Made by a program: the position numbers and the translations under genes
Origin: Gammaproteobacteria bacterium
Lineage (GTDB): Bacteria > Pseudomonadota > Gammaproteobacteria > Magnimaribacterales > AG-339-G14
Direction of reading: 5' to 3'
Length of the DNA: 64,000 nucleotides
Assembly (NCBI GenBank): GCA_019652555.1
Contig: BPAJ01000003.1
Coordinates: forward strand, 14,611-78,610
Part shown: positions 1 through 7,511 of the stretch, piece after piece
Layout of the letters: the number at the start of each line of letters is the position of its first letter
How positions within the stretch are numbered: position 1 is the stretch's first letter
The notes under the pieces: generated by a model
Seen by the model: only the letters and a program-made list of their open reading frames with translations
Told to the model about the DNA's origin: nothing
The model's database searches: none

Positions 1-270
1 AGGACGGAAAAGTCGACTATCTATTTTACTTAACTTCCAACTAGAAAGGGTTTTGTCAAAGGTTTTTAAAATATCTTGAGAGCGCATGTAAACCAAATAA
101 TCTAAAGGGGCATAACAATGAACAGATTTATTTTCTTTGTTCTCTTTTATGGTTAGTCTCTCTTGAGCTGTTTCATAAAATACGCCTCCGCCATCAAAGA
201 ATTCTCCATCTCCATGTTCAAAAAATAAGTCTAAGAGATAGTCACCTCTCTCCCCAATTTTCTTGTTCAT
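1..270 (-). CDS. hypothetical protein, N-terminal 90 codons only (continues past left edge)
   Basis: The reverse complement of 1-270 is open for all 90 codons from the ATG at 270-268: MNKKIGERGDYLLDLFFEHGDGEFFDGGGVFYETAQERLTIKENKENKSVHCYAPLDYLVYMRSQDILKTFDKTLSSWKLSKIDSRLFRP. It is missing from the ORF track only because it has no stop in the window. Its ATG shares one base with the TGA of the upstream ORF (TGATG). No family motif recognised. Confidence 0.55.
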   Translation of the reverse strand, partial: MNKKIGERGDYLLDLFFEHGDGEFFDGGGVFYETAQERLTIKENKENKSVHCYAPLDYLVYMRSQDILKTFDKTLSSWKLSKIDSRLFRP

Positions 271-906
271 CAACATCTAGCTCTGAAAATTTTCTGGGTA
301 AAAAGTGCAGAGGCATAGAACATATCTTTGTCCGTCTGTTTATCGAAATATTTTGTAAGCAGATCTTTAAAATTATCTTTTGTACAAAAAATGGGATTTA
401 TATTTTCTTTTCTAAACTTTTCTTCCAAATCTTTTTTAGACTCATCAACAGCGGCCGTGATGGTGTATTCGGGAAATAACTTGCTTATACCTGCATAACC
501 ACCTACAGATGAAAATGTTTCAGTACTGTAAACATACTTACAGAAATTAAAATATGTATTGCAAGCATCTCTATCAAGTCCAAAGAACACTACGCATTCG
601 GATTGCTCAAAATTTTGAGGTACTGTATTGATATCAAATTTATTATGAGGTTGTTCTCCGTTGTGCAAAACAAATTGAAAGTCATTGTTCGTAATAAATT
701 CATAAATGGTTTGCTTGTTTTCCTGTAATTCAACCTGATCTTGAAGGTGTATAAATATTTTTTATATCCAATACCTCCTTGAGAGTTAATGAGTTTTTCT
801 AAATATTGATAGTAAGCTTGGATGATATGAAAGTGAGAAAAAGTAGATCTACAAAAACACAAAAGTTTAAATTATCTGCTTTCAATTTAAGTTTATTTGT
901 AGACAT
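270..906 (-). pseudogene. hypothetical ~212-aa protein whose reading frame is spread over three frames (true frameshifts or uncorrected homopolymer indels)
   Basis: The ATG at 906 gives MSTNKLKLKADNLNFCVFVDLLF..., which stops after 35 codons. Track ORF 590..862 (STFSHFHIIQAYYQYLEKLINSQGGIGYKK...) and track ORF 270..668 continue it in the next two frames. The switches coincide with T4/T5 runs (838-864 on the + strand) and with the A6 run at 758-763. The 270..668 frame is closed by TAA at 762-764, exactly at that run. No known family motif. Confidence 0.5.
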
Positions 907-957
907 TAGACTTAAAAATGGATTTAATTTAATTTTTAAATTTATATCAACTTTAGT

Positions 958-1119
958 TCACTTCAAGAAATAGAACAAGGCAACAAATAAAACACCAACC
1001 ACTATAAATGCAGGGAACAAGTATTTGAGTGTCCTGATATTCAATTCATCATCGTTTTTAAATAGGTTTATCAATAGCGCGACAACCAAAACGGCTCCCA
1101 CAAAGTAAATTAAAATCAT
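958..1119 (-). CDS. 53-aa two-TM micro-protein (below ORF-track size cutoff)
   Basis: The ATG at 1119-1117 directly abuts the TAG (1122-1120) of the upstream ORF; TGA at 960-958. Product: MILIYFVGAVLVVALLINLFKNDDELNIRTLKYLFPAFIVVGVLFVALFYFLK, two hydrophobic helices joined by a short charged loop. Confidence 0.55.
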   Translation of the reverse strand: MILIYFVGAVLVVALLINLFKNDDELNIRTLKYLFPAFIVVGVLFVALFYFLK

Positions 1120-2551
1120 CTAGCTTGTGGCGCCTGCAGAGTTTAATACAGCTAATCTGTCTGTGATTGCAGATAGCTTTCTTTTTATTTCATTCACTAG
1201 AGTTTCGTCATCACTCACAACTTTCTTATGAGTTTCTAATTCATCTCTGATTTCATCTAATTCTGTCCCAATTTGAGTAGATTCTTTCATGTAATCTACA
1301 AATTTATTTAGATCAAAAGATAAACTGTTCTCTTTGACCTTTTTATTCAGCTTGTCGATACAATCTCTTAAGCTTGCTTCCAAAGATGATGAAAATAACT
1401 TGTGAATCTTATTATCAGGAGATTTTTTTCTTTTTAATACGAGAATTCTAACTATGGCCGGTGTCATAAACATGATGCCAACTCCCACAATGGAATCAAA
1501 GGCCGTTTCGGGCTCAAAGAAAACCAACACGACGGCTAAAATTCCAAAAATAACATTCCACCCGATCCAAAAATCTATTTTTTTTTGAATTTCAGGAGAT
1601 ATGGCTGGCCCTAATGATTCTTCCTTGTGGCAAAATTTTTCAAAGAAAATAAATTTGTCTCGTCATTGAATGACACATCCGCATGTTTTTCATTGTAAAG
1701 ATCAATAATAGATTTTTGTCTTGATATTTTTTTATCAGCCCACCGCTAAATCTCTGTTTAACAGATAAATCATGTGCTTCCTTAGTTACTTTGAGTTTTT
1801 CCTCAGCTGCGCGAAGTTCATCAAGTAATCTTCGCATTTCAGCTTTGTCTTCCCATCTGGTACCTAATTTTTTCTTTCCTTGTCTATTTTCTCAGCAAGT
1901 TCTTCTACCTTTACTTTAAAAGAAAGTTTTTCAGCTTGAGTCATAGTCCCTTTAATATTTTTACTCGTCTTTGTATTGGTATTTAAATAATTTTTATTGA
2001 GCTTATTAAAAGCTTCATTTTTCATTAAATTAGTTGCAAAGTTTTCTGCACTATCTTTTTTGATCAAATCAAATTCATTTCTCATTCCTTGAAAAATATC
2101 TACACCTCCTTCAAGTACTTTTATATATTCAGCTTGTTTTGCATCAAATTTATTTTGCCAATCTTTGACTATTTTTGTTTGATCAGGAAGTTTCGTTGTC
2201 TCAAGGTATTCAAGATCTCTATTAAGTTTTGCTTCTTCATTGAGTAAATCTTTTGCTTCTCTTTCTTGGTTTTCTTTGGCAATAGTTCCTTCAGATTTCT
2301 TACCTGAACAGTCTTCACACATCCAAACTGTTCTATATGTTGTGTGTGTTCTTTTTTTTGACGTTAGTAAGGATCTTTCTAAAGCTTTTTGAGAAGTTTG
2401 AAATCCTAAAATGGCACCTACAACCTCTTTGCCACCAACGGTATTTCGAGAAGTTGCTGTAATTTTTTTTGGGTGTCGTACCATGAAATTTGCCGGTGCT
2501 TGGCTTCCACAAATATTACAAGTCGTTAGTCTGTTTTTTTTTTTTCGCCAT
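1120..2551 (-). pseudogene. hypothetical ~477-aa protein with two CxxC pairs, coiled coil and two TM helices, split into 4-5 frame segments at homopolymer runs
   Basis: Segments: ATG 2551 plus the A12 run; track ORF 1864..2484 (206 aa, K/E-rich, contains CEDC); track ORF 1640..1837; an untracked frame reading RWADKKISRQKSIIDLYNEKHADVSFNDETNLFSLKNFATRKNH; and track ORF 1120..1530, whose frame is open back to 1662. The last segment carries two hydrophobic helices, IDFWIGWNVIFGILAVVLVFF and SIVGVGIMFMTPAIVRILVL. Each neighbouring frame opens only a few codons before an A-run. The net length after correction is divisible by 3 (1434 nt). Confidence 0.5.
2534..2545 (-). repeat. A12 homopolymer (T12 on + strand) starting 6 nt after a candidate start codon
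   Basis: Direct count: t2534-t2545, flanked by ctg and cgccat. On the coding strand this reads ATG GCG A12 CAG. Confidence 0.95.
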
Positions 2552-2610
2552 AGATTAATTATAGTAATTTTTGAAATTTAAAAATATATTCAAGTAAAAT
2601 AATTTGAAAA

Positions 2611-2799
2611 ATGAATGATGACCTTCTAGCTATTCTTATTGCAATCCCTTTGTGTATAGTTGCACTTGCTTGGTACTACAGTACCGATAGAGGAAAAAAG
2701 GACATTAAAGACTTAGAAAAAGCTCAACAAGATTTGAAAGCTGCACTAAAATTTGAGTCAGATTTAGAAAGCAATAAACCAAAAAAGAAAACAAATTAA
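2611..2799 (+). CDS. 62-aa N-terminally anchored small membrane protein, unknown function
   Basis: Track ORF with one hydrophobic helix (LLAILIAIPLCIVALAWYY) followed by a charged helical tail. It is divergent from the 2551 start across a 59-bp, almost pure A/T spacer. Confidence 0.45.
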   Translation: MNDDLLAILIAIPLCIVALAWYYSTDRGKKDIKDLEKAQQDLKAALKFESDLESNKPKKKTN

Positions 2800-2846
2800 T
2801 TTACTTTTTAAGTAATTCATATTTTGTACCAAAAATAACTTTTGTT

Positions 2847-3332
2847 TTAGCCTCTCAAATTTAATTGGCGCAGAGATAAGAGAAATATTCCAGCACAACA
2901 AATCAGTACCCAGCCTGGAATGGATATACCTAAGAGACTCCACATCACTTCAGCACAATTGCCATCTCCAATGAAAAATTGAATCAATGCATCTGAAATG
3001 AAGTTGTTCTCCAAAAGATAATTTAAATCAGGTCCGCAAGAGGGGACTCGATCTGGCGGTAATGATTGCAGATACAAATGCCTCACCGCGGAAGCACCTC
3101 CCACCAGACTAAAAAAGCCCGTTAGCGCTAAGTAAAACTTTCCTAAATTGTTGTGCAGTATGCCAATCAATGCTGCAGCTCCAGCTAGAGCAACAGCTAT
3201 TCTTTGCACGATACACATGGGACAGGGTTCGAGCCCAAGTTGGTATTCCATGTAAAATGCAGTGGCAATTAAACCGATGCAAGCAAGCAAAATTAAAGTT
3301 AAAACAACACGCGTTTCTTGCAGCAAATTCAT
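2847..3332 (-). CDS. dsbB: disulfide bond formation protein B
   Basis: 161 aa with four hydrophobic helices. It has the first-loop CPMC pair and a second Cys pair (SCGPD...GNCAE), as in DsbB. Confidence 0.85.
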   Translation of the reverse strand: MNLLQETRVVLTLILLACIGLIATAFYMEYQLGLEPCPMCIVQRIAVALAGAAALIGILHNNLGKFYLALTGFFSLVGGASAVRHLYLQSLPPDRVPSCGPDLNYLLENNFISDALIQFFIGDGNCAEVMWSLLGISIPGWVLICCAGIFLLSLRQLNLRG

Positions 3333-3367
3333 GGTATAAGTATAACGAAATTTAGGTAAAAAATTTT

Positions 3368-6073
3368 ATGGCAAAACCAGAAAGCGCATCAGATACCGAC
3401 TCCGTCATTCTCATCGATGGGTCATCATATGTATACCGTGCATACCATGCTTTACCGCCCTTAACGACTTCCTCTGGTCAGCCAACTGGTGCGGTAAGAG
3501 GGGTGACCACCATGGTGATGCGTATCTTAGAAGACCATCCAAATTCACCCATTGGGATGATCTTCGATGCCAAAGGCGATACTTTTCGCCACGAAATGTA
3601 TGAAGAATACAAAGCCAATCGACCACCGATGCCAGATGACTTACGTCCGCAAATTCAACCCATTTATGACATTGTTGAAGCCTTGGGTATCAAGATTTTT
3701 GTAGTCGATAACGTTGAGGCCGATGATGTGATTGGCACGCTTGCTAAGCAAGCTGAAGAAAAGGGCATTTCGACTGTGATTTCCACTGGCGATAAAGATT
3801 TGGCACAACTCGTAACTAAAAATATCAAATTGGTGAATACCATGACCAATGAAGTTCTGGATCAAAAAGGGGTGGAGAAAAAGTTTGGCGTAACCCCAGA
3901 ACAAATCATCGATTACTTGGCACTTGTTGGGGACACCTCGGATAACATTCCAGGGGTAAATAAAGTCGGTCCCAAAACTGCCGTTAATTGGTTAAGCAAA
4001 TATGGAACGGTTGAAACCATCATTGAAAAAGCTGAAGAAATTACCGGTAAGGTTGGCGAATACTTACGCGAAGGCATTGAGCAACTCAAACTCTCGCAAC
4101 AATTAACCACCATTAAAAAAGATGTCGCATTGGATTTTGGGATTGAGGATCTGGCAGTAGGAGAAACCGATCAAGCCAAGTTGCACAAGCTATTTACCGA
4201 ACTGGAATTTAAGACTTTATTAAAAAGTGCTGAAACAAAAAAAACTCCAGCAAAAAGCTCCAATGGCTCAGCTTCAAAAGACAATTACCGCGCCATTCTG
4301 AGTAAAAAAGATTTGGATGGTCTCATTAAGGAATTGAAAAAAGCCAAAGTTTTGGCTTTTGACACCGAAACGGATTCCTTGGATTTTACTCAAGCCAACT
4401 TGGTCGGTTTATCAGTTGCAACGGACGAAGACAATGCATACTACATTCCGGTAGGTCACGATTACGAAGGTGCGCCTAAGCAACTCGATCGAGACGAGGT
4501 TTTAAAAAAACTCAAACCAATTATTGAAAAGACTCCTTTGATCGGCCAACACTTAAAATTCGATCGCAATGTTTTAGCAAATTACGACATCCATTTGAAT
4601 GCTATTGAAAACGACACCATGTTGATGTCTTACGTCTATGATCCAACTGCGACCCGTCATAATTTGGATGCCATGGCGAGTCATTATTTAAATGTCAAAA
4701 CCACAACTTTTGAGGATGTTGCTGGTAAGGGCGTCAAACAACTTACTTTCAATCAGATACCTTTGGAAAAAGCGAGTGACTATGCAGCAGAAGATGCAGA
4801 TATCACTTTTCGTTGCTATTCCCATTTAAAACCAGCTTTAGCAAAGACACCTTCTTTGGAAAAAGTTCTGCATGAAATTGAATTACCCTTGGTGCCAGTG
4901 CTCTCCGATATGGAACAAGCAGGAACTTTAGTTAATGAAGAAGCATTAAAAATTCAATCCAATAATTTAGGACAACGTATCAGTGGGCTTGAAGAACAAG
5001 CTTATCGAGAAGCGGGTAAAGAATTCAACTTGGCTTCTACCAAAGATTTAAGAGCAATTTTCTTTGATGAGATGGAACTCCCGGTCGTGAAAAAAACTCC
5101 TGGCGGCCAACCTTCTACCGATGAGTCGGTTTTACAAGAATTAGCCAATCATTATGAATTACCAAAAATTCTCTTGGAACATCGTACTTTGGCAAAATTG
5201 AAAAGTACTTATACCGATAGTCTGCCGCAACAAATATCGAAAAAGACGGGTCGCGTGCATACTTCTTTTCATCAAGCTGTGACTTCAACTGGGAGATTGT
5301 CTTCTGCTGATCCCAATTTACAAAACATCCCAATCAAAACCGATGAGGGTAGGCTTATCAGAACGGCTTTTGTTGCGCCCAAGGGATATCAATTGCTAGC
5401 AGTTGATTATTCGCAAATTGAGTTGCGCATCATGGCGCATCTTTCTGAAGATAAAGGCTTGATTACCGCATTCGAAAATGGCGAAGACATTCATTCTGTT
5501 ACAGCGGCAGAAGTCTTTGCTGAACCCGGTGAAGAGGTCACTGCAGAACAACGTCGTGGCGCTAAGGCGATCAACTTCGGTTTAATTTATGGCATGTCGG
5601 CCTTTGGTCTGAGTAAAGCTTTGAATATTTCTAGACCTTTAGCTGCTGACTATATTGATTCATATTTTCACAAATACCCTGGCGTTAAATTGTATATGGA
5701 ACGCACCAAGGAGCTTGCTAAAGAGAAAGGTTATGTTGAAACCTTTTTTGGTAGAAGACTTTATTTACCTGGAATCCACAGCGGACGCAGTCGCATGGCT
5801 GCAGAAAGAGCAGCAATCAATGCGCCCATGCAAGGAACTGCTGCTGACATCATGAAAATTGCGATGATTGAAATTCATGAGTGGCTAGCCAAAGGCAAAG
5901 TTGATGCTCGGATGATCATGCAAGTTCACGATGAAGTAATTTTAGAGGTCAAAGATCAAGACGCTTCCAAAGTCGAGCAAGAAGTTTCAAAAATCATGCA
6001 AAATGCAGCGAAATTGAAAGTGCCTTTGGAAGTTGAAAGCGGTCTGGCTTCCAATTGGGGCGAAGCCCACTAG
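3368..6073 (+). CDS. polA: DNA polymerase I
   Basis: 901 aa. N-terminal 5'-3' exonuclease region, 3'-5' exo motif FDTETDSL, and polymerase motifs DYSQIELR, RRGAKAINFGLIYG and QVHDE. Confidence 0.98.
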   Translation: MAKPESASDTDSVILIDGSSYVYRAYHALPPLTTSSGQPTGAVRGVTTMVMRILEDHPNSPIGMIFDAKGDTFRHEMYEEYKANRPPMPDDLRPQIQPIYDIVEALGIKIFVVDNVEADDVIGTLAKQAEEKGISTVISTGDKDLAQLVTKNIKLVNTMTNEVLDQKGVEKKFGVTPEQIIDYLALVGDTSDNIPGVNKVGPKTAVNWLSKYGTVETIIEKAEEITGKVGEYLREGIEQLKLSQQLTTIKKDVALDFGIEDLAVGETDQAKLHKLFTELEFKTLLKSAETKKTPAKSSNGSASKDNYRAILSKKDLDGLIKELKKAKVLAFDTETDSLDFTQANLVGLSVATDEDNAYYIPVGHDYEGAPKQLDRDEVLKKLKPIIEKTPLIGQHLKFDRNVLANYDIHLNAIENDTMLMSYVYDPTATRHNLDAMASHYLNVKTTTFEDVAGKGVKQLTFNQIPLEKASDYAAEDADITFRCYSHLKPALAKTPSLEKVLHEIELPLVPVLSDMEQAGTLVNEEALKIQSNNLGQRISGLEEQAYREAGKEFNLASTKDLRAIFFDEMELPVVKKTPGGQPSTDESVLQELANHYELPKILLEHRTLAKLKSTYTDSLPQQISKKTGRVHTSFHQAVTSTGRLSSADPNLQNIPIKTDEGRLIRTAFVAPKGYQLLAVDYSQIELRIMAHLSEDKGLITAFENGEDIHSVTAAEVFAEPGEEVTAEQRRGAKAINFGLIYGMSAFGLSKALNISRPLAADYIDSYFHKYPGVKLYMERTKELAKEKGYVETFFGRRLYLPGIHSGRSRMAAERAAINAPMQGTAADIMKIAMIEIHEWLAKGKVDARMIMQVHDEVILEVKDQDASKVEQEVSKIMQNAAKLKVPLEVESGLASNWGEAH

Positions 6074-6148
6074 TTCAAGAACTTTTTCAAACATCCTCAG
6101 TCTAAAAAACGTTCTCCTAAAAAATAAGGAAATACATAATCCTTGTGG

Positions 6149-6190
6149 CCCGTCAGCATCTCTCTCCCCTGAAAACTGCTGACGGGTTTA
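6149..6190. terminator. hairpin between convergent polA and engB
   Basis: Perfect 10-bp inverted repeat cccgtcagca (6149-6158) / tgctgacggg (6177-6186) with an 18-nt loop, followed by ttt on the + strand. It lies immediately after the engB stop. Confidence 0.5.
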
Positions 6191-6796
6191 AACTTCTAAG
6201 AGCAGTTTAATTTTATTTAACAAAGTTTCCAAACCTATTTTTTTGGTTGCAGAAAATACCAGTGAGTCGACAATAGCTGGGTAATCAGCCATTTTTTCCG
6301 AGACAACTTTAAGAGTATTTTGGGTTTCTTTGCTATTAAGTTTATCGGCTTTGGTCAAAACCAAATGAATGGGTAAATTCAACGAATTGCAAAGACTTAA
6401 AAATTCCAGATCTTTGTTTTGAAAAGGGTGACGCATGTCCATGATCAAAATCAAATCGGTTAGGGCTGCTCTTTTTTCCAAATAACTCAAAATCAGTTTG
6501 GCCCAAGCATTTTGATCTTGCTTACTGGCTTTGGCGTAACCGAAGCCTGGTAAATCGACTATTTTTTTTGCTTCGTCATTTGTTAAATGAAAAAAATTGA
6601 TGGATTGGGTTCTTCCTGGTGTATTGGAGGTTTTGGCTAATTTTTTTTGATTAGCTAAAGCATTGATCAAAGTAGATTTTCCAGAATTTGATCTGCCGCA
6701 AAGAGCAATTTCATTACCCGAGTCAGAAGGGAAAAGTTTGCTTTCGGTTGCAGCACAAGCAAAGGTCAGAGGCAAAGGTTTTGACTTATAACTCAT
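6188..6796 (-). CDS. engB: ribosome biogenesis GTPase EngB/YihA
   Basis: 202 aa. P-loop GRSNSGKST, DLPGFGY and TKADK motifs. The polA-adjacent position matches Pseudomonas-type synteny. Confidence 0.93.
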   Translation of the reverse strand: MSYKSKPLPLTFACAATESKLFPSDSGNEIALCGRSNSGKSTLINALANQKKLAKTSNTPGRTQSINFFHLTNDEAKKIVDLPGFGYAKASKQDQNAWAKLILSYLEKRAALTDLILIMDMRHPFQNKDLEFLSLCNSLNLPIHLVLTKADKLNSKETQNTLKVVSEKMADYPAIVDSLVFSATKKIGLETLLNKIKLLLEV

Positions 6797-6869
6797 TCTT
6801 CTAAAATCAGGAAAAACAATATTCTATAGTATATAATTGCCAACCATTTAGCCCACTAATAAAGAATAA

Positions 6870-7511
6870 ATGATAAAAAAATTATTACTTCTATCGTTTT
6901 TGGTAAGTTCCTTTAGCGTTTTTGCAGCTGCTGCTGGAGAAATGTCTGAAGCCAAACCAATGAAAAGAGGGGATGCTGAAAAAGGTTCTAAACTTGTTGG
7001 AACTTGCGTTGCTTGTCATGGCGTTGATGGAAATAGTGTTGTGGGCCAGTGGCCAACTTTAGCTGGCCAAAGAGAAAGCTATCTTTTTGAGCAACTTGAG
7101 CACATCAGAGATGAAGAGCGAGTTATCGCGGTTATGAAAGGCCTTTTGAATAATTATTCCGACGATGATTTAAGAGACATGGCAGCTTTTTACGCAAGCC
7201 AAAAAACCAAAGTCGGCCAAGCTGATGAGACAAATTTAGAATTAGGCCAACAGATTTATCGAGCTGGAAACTTGGCTTCGGGCGTTCCGGCTTGCACCGG
7301 TTGTCATGGACCTGCGGGTAAAGGTTTAGAGTCAGCGCAATATCCAATGCTTGGTGGTCAAAAGGCAGAGTACGTAGTCACGAGTTTGATTGCTTATCAA
7401 ACTGGAGAGAGAGCTATCGACGAACATGGCAAAATCATGCAAGGAATAGCTTCAAGACTTACCATCGAAGAGATTAGGGCGGTCGCCAATTATGTTTCAG
7501 GCCTTTACTAA
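6870..7511 (+). CDS. dihaem cytochrome c4
   Basis: 213 aa with a signal peptide and two CxxCH haem motifs (CVACH, CTGCH), one in each half. Confidence 0.9.
   Translation: MIKKLLLLSFLVSSFSVFAAAAGEMSEAKPMKRGDAEKGSKLVGTCVACHGVDGNSVVGQWPTLAGQRESYLFEQLEHIRDEERVIAVMKGLLNNYSDDDLRDMAAFYASQKTKVGQADETNLELGQQIYRAGNLASGVPACTGCHGPAGKGLESAQYPMLGGQKAEYVVTSLIAYQTGERAIDEHGKIMQGIASRLTIEEIRAVANYVSGLY

Noticed and set aside
590-1837. Treating track ORFs 590..862 and 1640..1837 as independent small genes.
   Set aside because: Not fully excluded. However, both begin or end in implausible sequence (non-ATG start, or a hydrophobic/Cys-Met-rich tail). Each is continued seamlessly by an adjacent frame that opens right at a homopolymer run, which fits fragments of larger genes better.
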